Assembly: GCA_009914755.4 (NCBI GenBank)
Contig: CP068257.2
Location: 34,368,001 to 34,432,000 of the forward strand
DNA length: 64,000 bases
Direction: 5' to 3'
Source of the DNA: the human T2T-CHM13v2.0 reference genome, Homo sapiens
Shown here: positions 47,481 to 61,069 of the stretch, one piece after another
Position numbering within the stretch: the stretch's first letter is position 1
Layout: each line of letters begins with the position of its first letter
The notes under the pieces: model-generated
What the model was told of the DNA's origin: nothing
What the model saw: the letters and a program-made list of their open reading frames with translations, nothing else
The model's database searches: none
Program-made: the position numbers and the translations under genes

Positions 47481-48150
47481 TACGTGTGGTGAGTCGCTGT
47501 CCTACTGTGGGGGGAATCTGATGTGTGTGGGGAGCACTGATGTGTGTGGGGGTCACTGTCCTACTGTGGGGGTCGCTGTCCTATTGTGGGGGCTGCTGAT
47601 GTGTGGGGGGGTTGCTGTCCTACTGTGGGGGGCACTGATATGTGTGGGGACCACTGTCCTACTGTGGGGGCTGCTGTGTGTGGGGGTCGCTGTCCTATTG
47701 TGGGGGCTGCTGTGTGTGGGGGTCGCTGTTCTATTGTGGGGGCTGCTGTGTGTGGGGGTCGCTGTTCTATTGTGGGGGCCGCTGATGTGTGTGGGGGTCG
47801 CTGTTCTATTGTGGGGGCCGCTGATGTGTGTGGGGGTCGCTGTCCTATTGTGGGGGCCGCTGATGTGTGTGGGGGTTGCTGTCCTGTTGTGAGGGCCGCT
47901 GATGTGTGGGGGTCGCTGTCCTGTTGTGGGGCGCTAATATGTGGGGGTCGCTGTCCTGTTGTGGGGCGCTGATGTGAGGAGTCGCTGTCCTGTTGTGGGG
48001 CGCTGATGTGTGTGGGGGTCGCTGATCTATTGTGGGGGCTGATGTGTGTGGGGGTTGCTGTCCTATTGTAGGGGCCGCTGATGTGTGGGGGTCACGTCCT
48101 GTTGTGGGGCACTGATGTGTGGGGGTCGCTGTCCTGTTGTGGGGGCTGAT
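47480..48150. repeat. Minisatellite B: about 17 copies of the 39-40-mer TGTGGGGGTCGCTGTCCTATTGTGGGGGCCGCTGATGTG, abutting array A and apparently a dimerised derivative of the same ~20-bp G-rich motif
   Basis: Tandem periodicity of about 40 bp. The half-units TGTGGGGG(T/C)CGCTG resemble the unit-A core TGTGGGGGACACTG. Stop-free frames give ORFs 46519..47556(-), 46810..47892(+) and others. Confidence 0.88.
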
Positions 48151-49239
48151 GCATGGATACATTGGCCGGGCTGGAGAAAGATGCACTGTCCCTGCGCCTT
48201 CCTTCCTCCGTTTTGTTCCTTTTAGTTCCCACAGGACTTTCTGTACTGTGGGAGAAAGCTCTTTTACAAGGGATCCCACAGGTGGCATTCCTGACAAGGC
48301 TGTTCAAATATCAGCCCACAAGTCATGGGTTCTGTTACACGTTCCCCCTCGGGACAAAACCTGCCGCCCAGCATTTACCTATAGTACGGAAGGCAGCAGC
48401 TGACCACCGAGGAGGAGCCAGAATCGCCTCTGCTGGACCCCATGGGCCCTCAAGGGGCACGGCCAGGAGTTTCGGTGAGAAAGTCATTTTCACACAATTA
48501 CAGACCTATTTCCTCAAACATCACTGCCAGCCTCCACAGAGGAGGGCCTCCCTCCTTGAGGAACACCCTCCACAGAGGAGGGCCTATTCTATCCTTAGCT
48601 GGAAAGATGATCGAGGAATGCCTCCAATCGCCCTTAACTTCTTGCTGTCTGTCCCCTCGGGCCAAGTCAGCAGTTGGAGGTTTACCACCCAAACTCAGAA
48701 CTAGACACCAACAGGGGTGCGAGTCTTTAGGAGCCTCAGGCCCACCCAAAGCACCAGCAAAGAGAAAACCAAGAAAGAAAGATGGCTAGGGGGAGTCCGG
48801 GGAGGGCGGTGGTGATTAGACAATAAGGAAGAAAATAGCGCCGTCGGTTAAACAGCACTGCACGCTGCCTCACCCTAGATGGGGACAGATGGGTTTGCTG
48901 CCCTAAGAATGACTTGACGAGAACAGCCTGCCACCAGCGTCTTTTGAGTCCAAAACAAAAGAGCAGCCGAAAGGAAGCGTATGGACTGTGAGCGGTGGTT
49001 TCACCCTGTGGCCAGACTGCCCAACAAGGGGCCACAGGTTTCTTGCAAGGGGTCCGTGACTTCACATAACTAGCATTGTCTACAGTCTCATACTATTCTT
49101 CGAATAAATGCAGATCTGCTGTGCTGATGGAGTATTACTCAGCTGTAAATAAATGCAGATCTGCTGTGCTGATGAACTATTAGTTGTACATGTTTCTGGG
49201 CAGCTGCTTTTTGTCACTGTGTATTTTTTAATTTTGCTT

Positions 49240-49550
49240 TATTATTTTTAGAGACAGGGTCTCACTCAGTTAGTTGTCGCCCAGGCTGCAGTACAGTAGC
49301 ACGATCCTGGCTCACTGCAACCTCAAACTCCTGGGCTCAAGCCATCCTCTGGCCTCACCCTTCCGAGTGGCTGCAGCTACAGGCACGGACCACCCTGCCC
49401 AGCTCATTTTTTAAATTGTTTTGTAGGAACGGGATTGTGGGGCGGGGGGACGCATTACATCACCCAAGCTGTTCAGAACTCCTGGGCTCAAGAGATCCTC
49501 CACCTCAGCCTCCCCTGAAGTGATCACAGGTGTGAGCACCACGCCCACCC
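49240..49550 (-). mobile_element. Old, diverged Alu (AluJ-like)
   Basis: gagacagggtctcactcagttagttgtcgcccaggctgcagtacagtagcacgatcctggctcactgcaacctcaaactcctgggctcaagc... Confidence 0.85.
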
Positions 49551-50854
49551 ACTGCGCAGTTTTTCTAATCACTGGACAAGGAAAGCACAATGACCATGTA
49601 GGGTCTGCGAAGTTTTTAATGTTCAAGGGGCTGTCCGTTTTGAAAGGTGAAAAGGAATTAACATATTTAGGTCCACTCATAGGGAAGAGGAAAAAGAAAT
49701 TCTGGCATAGCACAGGGGTCAGGAAACTATGGCCCACCACCTGTCGTTGTCAGTAGTTTCCCTGGAGCCCAGCCATGCAAATGGTTGACATGCTGCCGAT
49801 GGCCGCTCTGCAGAATCGCTGGGACTAAGACCACAGGTCCAGAAAGCTTCAAATGGTTACTATCGGGCCCTCCACAGAAGTCTGCCCACTCTCCATACAG
49901 CATATGATGAAATACACTGCATTATACTGAATATTGAAAAAAAATATACTGCAGCTACTGAAAAATAAACACAAAGTGTATATACAAACAGGGAAAGATG
50001 TTCAAGAAATCATGAGAAAGTTTTATTTTAAACTCTGCCTGCCTCCTGAGGCCAGCAGGTCCCGTTCATTTGGTTTCACTAGGCTCCAATGAGAAAGGAA
50101 TTTGAGTTCTTGGGAAGAATGAACCCTGGGAGGGTAAACAGGACTCTGGGCAACATTGTCTAAGCGGCGTCCCCAGCACGGGCCTGAACAGGACCAGCAG
50201 CCCCTCCGTTACTTACGCAGGCAGTTCCAAGGCCACAGGCCGCTGAGAGCTGTGCAGGAAGCTCTCCCCACCCAAGGTCTGCGTGGTATCAAAACTCAAG
50301 AATAAGAACAGAAGCCAAACCACCACCATGGTTCGCCATCAGCTGACCTACACTGAACCCCAGAATCAAGCAGACAGGCCCACCACGGCCCAGCTGTGCA
50401 GGATGAGCCAGCTCCCCAGGTGGAAAGGCCTGCCCAGGAAAGTCGCCAGAACAAAGCAGAAAGAGCCGCTGGCTGAGCTAGTCATTCTTCCCAAGTGAAT
50501 AATTAGACAAGCGCCACCTTGAGAGGCCAGGAGCATGCTTAGAGGACATTCCCTCCTCCTGGAAGCTGTGTGTCCCCTAGGGGGCTCTTCAACACCCACC
50601 TCAGTGCAGCCACACAGGGAAGGGCTGGCGTCTGGGCCACCCTGGCGGGGATCCAGGACTACCTCACACTGCCCCACACCCACCGCCAATCTGCCCCTTA
50701 ACCCAATGGTATCAGAGCATCTTAAAAGCACAACCACTAGACTCTGATAGCTGCTGTGTCAGATAAGAAGCAGGCCCCGTGGTGACAGACCACACACGGA
50801 CGCAGCTGGCTCCTGGCTGCCTCACAGTCCGCCTCTCTCCTCACAGTTCAGCAC

Positions 50855-50860
50855 TTTATT
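50855..50860 (-). terminator. SETD4: Candidate SETD4 polyadenylation signal AATAAA (minus strand), about 315 nt after the stop
   Basis: The plus-strand hexamer tttatt in gcactttattcgg. No U/GU-rich element was verified. An alternative AATAAA lies near 50032-50037. Confidence 0.3.
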
Positions 50861-51174
50861 CGGAAGAGCATTAGACCTGCCATCCAGACAGCTTGTCCAC
50901 CTTCACTCACAGCCTCACAATCCCAGAACCTGTGCTGCCCCCTGCAGAAATCCTGCATGTCCTGGGGGCAGCCACCACCCCAGCCCATGATGATGCTCTT
51001 CAAAATTAACTTTTGTTTCTGTAGGAAAAGCAAAAGGAAAAGGATTAAGTTCCTAATTGTTGAGTAGACACAACTCATCGACTCTAAACTATATAAATTT
51101 AGTCCATCAAACCTTAGTCTAAAATGTGTGACTAACACCCACCAGAGGAGGTGACCAAATGCGCTTCGGTGAAA

Positions 51175-51309
51175 TCAGGTAAAAGCTGTTTGCAAACTGT
51201 GCAGGGTCTCGGCAGATGCCCTGAGAATCTTTAGCTCTTCCGTCCACAAGGATTCCACCAAAGTTAGTTGGTTTATCAGGGCCTCTTTTTCATCCTTCAT
51301 ATGAGACAC
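51175..51309 (-). CDS. SETD4: SETD4 terminal coding segment (VSHMKDEKEALINQLTLVESLWTEELKILRASAETLHSLQTAFT + TGA stop); the 3' UTR continues to lower coordinates
   Basis: Acceptor aactttcAG|GTGTCTCAT, with a polypyrimidine tract partly supplied by an antisense L1 fragment. There are 44 in-frame codons, then TGA at 51177..51175. Confidence 0.85.
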   Translation of the reverse strand: MSHMKDEKEALINQLTLVESLWTEELKILRASAETLHSLQTAFT

Positions 51310-51324
51310 CTGAAAGTTATTTTT

Positions 51325-51680
51325 TAATTATTGTTATTGTAGTAAAACATATATATATATTTCACAGAACGTACGTACCTTTTTAACCAATTTTAAGTGT
51401 ATGGTTCAGCAGCATGAAGTACATTCACATTGTTTAGATCCACTGCCACTCTCCAGCTCCAGAACTTTTTCTATCACCCAAACAGAAACTCTACAAGCAT
51501 ACATCAATAACCCTATTCCCCTCTTCCCCAAACCCCCCGTCACCTCTACTCCACTCTCTGTCTCTACGAACTCACCTGTTCCAGGAACCTCACAGAAGTG
51601 GATCATACAGCATTTGTCCTTTTGTGTCTGGCTTATTTCATTTCCAATAATGTCTTCAAGCTTCATTAAAATCACTCTTT
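51325..51680 (-). mobile_element. L1 3'-end fragment (antisense), abutting the SETD4 last-exon acceptor
   Basis: gtaaaacatatatatatatttcacag...ttaaccaattttaagtgtatggttcagcagcatgaagtacattcacattgtt...ggatcatacagcatttgtcc. Confidence 0.8.
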
Positions 51681-51829
51681 AAATCCCAGGCATGTTTTCA
51701 TACGAATAAGCTGATTTCTCATTTAACTAAAACATTTACTAAATAAACACATCAATGAGAAAGAATGCTTGAAGTCACACAGTAACTTTTACTTTTTGCC
51801 TTTTAATAAAAAGTAAAGGCAAAGATATG

Positions 51830-53090
<1,261 letters not shown>

Positions 53091-53206
53091 TTATTTAAGG
53101 CACTAAACAATGCTCTTATGAAATGCACTATCCCTAATAACATGTACAAAACAAGGAACTGCTGAATCAAGACACTTCTTTAAGGATGTCATATTCTAGA
53201 AACATA

Positions 53207-53330
53207 CCTTTTGAAGCACAGCATTAGTCTCTTCTATGAAATAATAGCATATTTTCTGGGCTATGTCCAAACTTGTCTTCTCATTCGTATCTGAAATTAC
53301 CTCCCCAAGAAGTACTTTTTTCCAGCATGT
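53207..53330 (-). CDS. SETD4: SETD4 coding exon (124 bp; (F)TCWKKVLLGEVISDTNEKTSLDIAQKICYYFIEETNAVLQK)
   Basis: Acceptor ggttctAG|TACATGCTGG and donor CAAAAG|gtatgt. Phase 2 in and phase 0 out. Confidence 0.86.
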
Positions 53331-55632
53331 ACTAGAACCAAAATGTTCCATGACACAATTTTAGCAGGCTCTCAAAAAACAGATTTTTTTGTTTCAGTGC
53401 AACACATAAACTCCTTCTCCTATTTCTCCAGGAGCATAATACAACTCATTCCATAAGCAGATTCCCCAAACCTCCATGCCACTTGCAGCTCCCATGTGGA
53501 AGCCGACCAGGTAATGAGAGAGGAGGAGGAGGAGCTGAGAATAAAAGCACGGGGGGTGGGTACTCTCTGCAGGCAAGGGCTGAATGTTATTATCATCACA
53601 AACCTGTGTCTGACCCATGAGTGAATGAAGTCCCGTTCCCGGCCATGGGAACGAAGCCAGTGACAGAACAGGAGGGCGAGTCCACAGCCGAAAGGCAGAG
53701 GACTAAGGAGCAAAGGCAGAAGTTTTCCTTCAAGTGACCGTCTGTCCAAAATAGTAGCAAACTGGGCACAATTCACAAAGCCAAATGCTCCATGTCTGGA
53801 AGGAGGAATCTACAGCAAGCCTCTATCCCCATGCAGGTCATTCCAGTGCTCTACTACAAAGGTTCGCAGGAAACGGGGCTCAGTCAGCAGGCAGGGCCCA
53901 CTCTGGAAGGTCTGCTGTGGCAGGTGCAAGGGAGCCACAGCAGGATGCGGAGCAGAGGTGGCAGCGCCAGACCTAGACACTAGAAAGAAGAACTACCGGG
54001 AGAAAGACGACGGAGGACCGGATTCTGAACACCGAGAATCTGGAAGTGGAAGTGGCTTCGAAGGGGAGGAAAGATGGCTGCTGTGGAAGTAAACAGGAGC
54101 CCATTAGATTCAGAACAGCTGGCAAGACACAGCCCGGAATAGTCTCAGAAGGCTTCAGTTTCAGAGATGACAGGTGAAATGAGTTCTCAGTAAAGAAAAA
54201 GGAAATGACTGTGTGTCAGGCATGGTGTTCATGAATAACCATTACCTAATTTAATCTTCACAGTTACCTAGCAAAGAAAGCACGATAATCCGCATGCTAG
54301 ACTCAAAGAAACACTCAGCAAAGTTGAAGCACTCACCCTGAGTGACAGAGCTAGTGAGGCAGAAAGAACTGAAACGCCCCAGCCAGAGCCCCACACGTGC
54401 TTTCTCCACACCCACTCAGTAAGCGGTAACTCAAATGCAAGAAAAGAGGCCTAAGGAAGACCTCTGGGAAACAGCCAGTTGTTGTATTTAATTTTAGGCT
54501 GAAGTGTCCGAAAAGGACTCATACCTTGTTGCCAGAAGGATTTAAAGAAGCTAACATAAGTACACACAAAATAAAAGGTAAGATGAATGAAGGCAGAAAA
54601 CAAGACAAAGGAAGACAAAAGGAGAAAAGACAAGACACTGCAGGAATGGGCCAGTGCGAAACCGCATGTCCCAACACTAGGTACGTTTGCATGCACCTCA
54701 GATTTGCCTCTCAGTTTTCCAGTGAACAAGGAAAAGAAGGAAACATCGGTTAAAGAATTCATAGTATCTGTAAGATAAAAACACTCCATTTGCTAAGAAT
54801 AAAAACAAAAACTATGTCTAGTGTTGAGACCAGAGAGAAATTTTACTCCAAAAGTTCCTAGAGAAAAAGAAGGAAGCAACATCATCTCATCCAAAAGAAG
54901 AACAGGCGTCACTGAAGGGGCACCGACTGCTCCCAGGCACTGTGCCTCATCTCAGTCAGTCCTCCCAACTGTTCAAGGACAGCCTGCACCATCTTCAAGA
55001 GGTTCTCCCTGGATATCTAGCAGCAGAAGGTTGAAGGCTGCTCTCCCTGCCAGGGACTCAGGCTGAAGCTGCCCCTACACTGGGTACAGCACAGCTGGAT
55101 GTGTCGACAGGGGGCTGCAGGGAGCAGGACTGACAGCAGGCAGGAACATGAGGGAGCCTGGCCAGGATGCACACCCACACCGGGGGCTCCCCGACCTGCC
55201 TCCCCCATGGAAAAGTCCAGCTCTTCAGCCAGGTTTCTGGATCTCCCCCAGGGCAGGACCGACGTTAGGGACTCTAGCTCTACTTGTCCTGGGCAAAACC
55301 TACCTACTCAGAGACTTTCCTCTGAACAGTGCCAATGCCCACACTTTTTAAAGGATTTCAGGTCACCAGAAGGAAAATATGAGTAGAAACAAAAAGATTA
55401 TCAAAACTATGTATGCTGAGTCTAAAACCAGAATTCCAAAACGGTTAAAACTTAGAAATGAAACATTCGCTACATGGGCAAGTTACATAATGAGAAAGCA
55501 ACTCCAATGTATGACATCCCTTTTTCCTCCCTGGCTGGGTATCTGAATGCAAGCCAAAAACAAACAAACCAACCCTCCAAAGTTATATCTAGCCTGTTGC
55601 TACAGCTTAAGACCAACACATGTGAAACTTAC

Positions 55633-55713
55633 AATTTCTCAGCTTCCAGACATAACAACTTAAGGGCTGTGAGTAGCCTCCAAGATGGTCCATCCCATCC
55701 AAATGTCAAATTT
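55633..55713 (-). CDS. SETD4: SETD4 coding exon (81 bp; (E)NLTFGWDGPSWRLLTALKLLCLEAEK(F))
   Basis: Acceptor ttcAG|AAATTTGACA and donor GAGAAATT|gtaagt. Phase 2 in and phase 2 out. Confidence 0.86.
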
Positions 55714-55936
55714 CTGAAGTAGAAAAACAAATAATGACAAATCCATCATTTCAGTATTTCATGACCTCATAGCAAATGACTGAAGAGCCAAACACCTTTT
55801 TAAAGAGGTTGCTAAATGTCATGTAACCTGCAACCTCGGCCAAAGGACAAGAGAAAATCAGTCTGCAAATACTTAAGAAGAAAGCCTAAGTAACAGGAAA
55901 TTCTCTCCCCATTTTTTTTCTAAAGAGTAAACAGCT

Positions 55937-56252
<316 letters not shown>

Positions 56253-56864
56253 TTAACCATGGATGAGGGGCCGGAGGCAGGGCCCATGCACAGGAGTTCC
56301 CAGTAAGAGAAACGCTTAAGAACTGGAACTACCCTGGGCATCCCACTGATGGCAGCCACCACTGCCAGGCTGCTCTCACACCATGGCGGGATCATTTCAA
56401 ACTTCATTTCATCCAGAAAAGAAAATCTGAAAGGGAGAGCCTTGAACCCTGTTTAGCCACTTGGCATGGAATCACCTCGCTACCCACCTACCCCAAGAGC
56501 CTGCACCATGTTGCCAGGTGCGTGGGCTCTCCTGAGGCCCAGCCTGGCCTTTCCACATGACCACAAGGGAGACAGACTCACCCTGGGCCACCCATCAACA
56601 CATCCAAGCTCTCTTTTGGTACCATAATTTAATATTTCTAGCTTGTATCTTATGTCCCTAAAGAAGTTTCTTTCAAGTGTCTTATACTCCTTTTGTCCTC
56701 CACAACATCAAGCGCAGTTTTACTGCACATAGTAAGTGCTCAATACCTACCCGTCAGCTGATACAGGGTCAGGAGGGGTCTCACCCCCATGGAAAATTTA
56801 ACCCCAGGTTTTCCATGAAAATTTCCTAAAGGAATAATTTTAAGAGGGAAAGAGAAACACTTAC

Positions 56865-56946
56865 TCTATATAGCCATGATCCTTTAAAATAGAAATCTTT
56901 TTGTCCATCTGTTTATCTGTTGATGGAAGATATTTAACAAGTATTT
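56865..56946 (-). CDS. SETD4: SETD4 coding exon (82 bp; (E)ILVKYLPSTDKQMDKKISILKDHGYI(E))
   Basis: Acceptor atAG|AAATACTTG and donor TATAGA|gtaagtg. Phase 1 in and phase 2 out, which exactly complements the flanking exons. Confidence 0.86.
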
Positions 56947-57882
56947 CTATATTCAAAAAAAAAAATCAGACTGTTAGGGCATAAATTTGGACAAAAGTAT
57001 GTCTCCCTTCCCTTCTCAACTCACTTCCTTTCCCTTTAGCAACCCAGACATGCATAAACAGTTCCACCTAATTCACACAAAGGAAATCTACTCTTCAAGT
57101 CCAATTCAGTCACATCAGTACTGAGTCCCTGAAAGGCTGTAAGAATTTCAAGGCTGGAGGACTAAACACGCATAACCTCAGCTCCTGCTCCCACTAAGTA
57201 AATCCACCAAAAACAAGCAGGTCATTAGGACATCAGCATGACTGTTGAAAATTTACAGTCAACAAAAGTAGAGGCCCTGCAAAAACATGAGGAAAGGTTT
57301 ACAATACTGAGCTTTTTCCAAACCAGAATTCAAAGCAGTCTGGATATTAGTGACTGCAACTACAAAAAACTTAAAGTAAATATGCACAAATTAACAGAGC
57401 TATTTGGAGAAGCAGGGTAATAAGGGATTTTTCTATTTTATTTTAAAAATGTAAATATAACTAAAATATAATTTTTGCTCAAATTAATTTATTCAACAAA
57501 TGAATACTTCGCGGACATCAATATTAAATTTATCAGGATTTTGAAAACATGAAGCCAATCTCGAAGCTGGTTTTCTAGCAGCAAGACCCAGTTTTTGCTT
57601 TTCTATTTTTATTTTGAGAAATCACATTATTATTCTGCCTATAAGATGGAGTAGTAACAGCTTGGCCAAGTTTCTATCTCCAATCAAATCTATATTTAAA
57701 AATGCTTCAAATTATATATTTAATAAGGCTCTTGCCGTTTTTTCATGGCCTAGAAAACTGCTTCTCTACAGTTTCAGAAAGGGAAAAATCAGTCTTCTAT
57801 GTACTTTTTTAACACTATATTTGGAATTTTCACATCTTAAGTGTAATGGCTAACTTACTATTTTAAAATAATAAAACTGGGC

Positions 57883-58335
57883 CAAGCACGGTAGCTCCCG
57901 CCTATAATACCAACACTCTGGGAGGTTGAGGCAGGAGGATCTCGAGCCCAGGAGTTGAAGACCAGCCTGGGCAACATAACAAGACACTGTCTCTATCATA
58001 TGAAAAAACAAATATTAAAAATAGTAATAATAAAACCAGGCCAGGCACAGTGGCTCACTCCTACAATCCTAGCACTTTGGGAGGCTGAGACAGGTAGATC
58101 ACTTGAGGCCAGAGTTCAAGACCAGCCTGGCCAACACGGCGAAACCCCGTCTCTACTAAAATTACAAAAGTAGCCAGGCATGGTGGTGCGTGCCTGTAAT
58201 CCCAGCTACTCCAGAGGCTAAGGCACAAGAATCACCTGAACCTGGGAGGCGGAGGTTCCAACGAGCCAAGATTACACCACTGCACTCCAGCCTGAGCAAC
58301 AGAGTGCGACTCTGACTCAAAAATAATAAAATCAA
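57883..58335 (+). mobile_element. FLAM-like Alu monomer (57883-58035) followed by a full Alu (58037-58335)
   Basis: Two consecutive left-arm starts at gggccaagcacggtagctcc and caggccaggcacagtggctcac. Confidence 0.9.
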
Positions 58336-58839
58336 TGATGATGGCTAGGTTAATAGATCACAAAAGAACATACATGAAATCAAATCTCACCATGGCAACA
58401 ACCTCCAGAAACAAGGACTATAGGTAGATTTATCTCTGTGATTAACACAGTGTCTTACCCACAGTAGGTGCTTAATAAATATTTTTTATTCATTGCTCTC
58501 TAATCCTATTTTCTTTAGTGCCAGTGACAACGTCTCAGTATAAACATTTCCATCCTTTAATACTGTATTTATTTCCTTAGCAGTTTTCCTTTTCTTCCAT
58601 TCTATCTTCTGACCCAATGCAATGAAAACTTCTCAAAATATCAGTCAAAACTTCGTTGTTTTTACTTCAACACTGAAATTACAGCCAGTAAGAGTAAGGC
58701 TAGGCCTACCTAGAAGAAAATTAGTGATATGTATGTCAGTCTTAAGGTTTTGATATTTTTATTAAAACTGAAAATACACATCTCCAAATGGGGAAAAAAA
58801 TTATATAGTGTTAATGTTAAGAACAAAGTTGATTCCAAC

Positions 58840-59014
58840 CTCTTGAGACATAAACACAAGCATGAGGATTATGGACAGAAACAAATCCGTATTCCAGGAA
58901 CAGCCGTTGATTATCGTGAGGGCCGTAACAGATGAATACCTCTTCATGCTTTCTCCAACGTGAAGTCGTTCTAATTTCGTAAGAATGAGTTTCTTCATTA
59001 AACGCTGCTTTTAC
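58840..59014 (-). CDS. SETD4: SETD4 coding exon (175 bp; VKAAFNEETHSYEIRTTSRWRKHEEVFICYGPHDNQRLFLEYGFVSVHNPHACVYVSR + 1 nt)
   Basis: Minus-strand acceptor ttctAG|GTAAAAGCAGCG and donor TCAAGAG|gttgga. It continues in frame from the previous exon (phase 0 in, phase 1 out). Confidence 0.87.
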
Positions 59015-60639
59015 CTAGAAAGAAAAACTGTTAAGGTATTTTTTAAAGTAAGGTGTAAAACTCCAAAGCTGATTAAGTTATTACATAATATTAATGTGAG
59101 TCAGGTGCAGCTTTCAAACACCCATCAATAAATGTAACTACGCATAGGGAAAATGCCACTTCCGGTTTCATCCACCTCGACTTCACCCCATTGATGACGG
59201 AGGGAGTCCTGCCCTAGGGCTCTGGGGGTGGCCACACCACGACACCCGACACAGCACAGATGAGATCATCAGCAGTTTATTGGTCACGTCCACTCACAGC
59301 CCAGGGAAGGAGGACATGGTGGTGCCAATAAACTTTATCTGTAAAAAGCTAGAGAGTAAATACGTTCAGCTTTGCCAGCACTATGTGGTCTCTGTCACAA
59401 GTTGTTGTATTTTCACAATCCTTTCAAAGTGTAAAAACCATTCTTAGCTCAGGGCTCTTGGGCCACACGCCCACAGGCTGTAGTTCGTGCTGTGGTCTTC
59501 CTACAGTAAACTATAAACTCATTGGTTTGGCACATAAATGCACCAAAAGTCCCAATAAAAATAAATCACTGCTGACGGAGTCCCCATGTCTAGCATCCTA
59601 TCACACTACACACTCCTGATATTATTTCGTCAACATCAACCACAGAAACACTCACCTAATCCCAGGCTCCTTTGCTCCCGATTATTAAAGATACTTCTTT
59701 CTACAAAAGTAACAAGCAGACAGCCCTTGTTCCTGGGCTAAGAAAGCAGAGCGGGAACCTCCCTAAGCTCTGATCTCACGTAGAGAGCACGAAAGCTTAG
59801 CACGTGGGCTCACAAGGCATGGCTGCTCTTCTCCAGTGGAATGTCAGATGAAGGCGACGGCCAGGACACAGATCCCAGCCATGTCCCTCCACAACACACC
59901 CCAAAGTGGTTACAGGTGAGCCAACTGATGGACTCTCTTCCGCTCTCCAAGCCAGGCCTCTACCCCTGCATGCCCTGCAAATACACTCATTTCCTAAATG
60001 AGCCACCTGGGGAAAGCGCTGGGGAGGAGGCGATCTGTGACCACCTCCCAAATCAGGTTTCTTTCATTATTTCCCAGAACCCTTTCCCCACAAATACCCA
60101 TCCATTCAATAAACATTTACTGAACACCTACTATGTGCCAGGCCCTGCCATGAGCACTGAGGTGACAAAGAGGAACAAGACAAAGACCCCATTCTCAAAG
60201 ATTTCAGAGCTCAGTGGGAAAAAGAGCAAGTCAGTCAGCGATCAGAGCGAAGAGAAATGCTGTGACAGCTACAACACCAGTTTAAAAGGGACGGGGCAGG
60301 AAAGCAAGCTAAGCTTCAGTCCCGGAAGGAGGAACGAGGGAGAAGGAAGGAAGGCTCCGCACCACAGGCTGCTGGGAAAGACCGGACAGAGGATGCAGCA
60401 CGAGGCTCTGTAGGCCTGAAGAGCAGAGTGAAGAAAAGGGGCCAAGGCAAGCACTGCGGGAGGGATAGTGGGGTCTAGAAGAACAACAGGAGCCTCCTGA
60501 CGTCAGGCCAACCTGACAGGGTCACCTGAAGCCGCCGACACCTCTCCCTGTGGTGCCACCCACATCTACAGCCACAGGTTCTGGGCAGCGGAAGCCTTCC
60601 TATCCAAATAGAATAGCTGCTCCCTTGTCAGCTTCTCAC

Positions 60640-61069
60640 CTGGACATGTGGGCTATGATTCAGCAGGTCCAGGTACGGAGCGAGTGCACAGGTGTCCGGC
60701 TCTGCAGAAAGGCATTCCCGCTGCCTGGGCCTCAGGTACACGGCTCTGGTGTTGACGGTGCACCAAGCCCACAGCAGGGCACTGTAGCTGAAGATGCTGT
60801 CAACAGCCTCCGCAAACAGAGGCTGCAGAGAAGAGAAAAAGTCTCTGGAGGAAGCAAAGAACTCCTGCACGTGGGCTCTCTGCTCTTCAGCCTTTGCTTT
60901 TAAAGATTTGGGAAGAAGGTTCACCACTTCCGGCTCCAAACAAACAGGGCAGGTATACGCCTTGGGTAAAATCTCCAGGTAAGGCTTCCAAAGAGATCGG
61001 TGCCCAGCATGCTTTTCTGAAACTAAAAAGGTGCACAGCGCCAGCAGAGGAGATGGAGGAGGCTTCCAC
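60640..61069 (-). CDS. SETD4: SETD4 internal coding exon (430 bp; encodes (K)WKPPPSPLLALCTFLVSEKHAGHRSLWKPYLEILPKAYTCPVCLEPEVVNLLPKSLKAKAEEQRAHVQEFFASSRDFFSSLQPLFAEAVDSIFSYSALLWAWCTVNTRAVYLRPRQRECLSAEPDTCALAPYLDLLNHSPHVQ; SET-domain region)
   Basis: Part of the 161-aa minus-strand ORF 60628..61113. Acceptor ttttcaaAG|GTGGAAG at 61071/61070 and donor CAG|gtgagaag at 60639/60638. The exon starts in phase 2 and ends in phase 0. The protein matches my recollection of human SETD4 exactly. Confidence 0.88.

Noticed and set aside
46519-47972. ORFs of 345, 360, 219, 206, 160, 147 and 142 aa on both strands
   Set aside because: They are produced by the stop-free 22-mer and 40-mer G-rich minisatellites. 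Identical periodic peptides appear in several frames on both strands, which is incompatible with real coding sequence.
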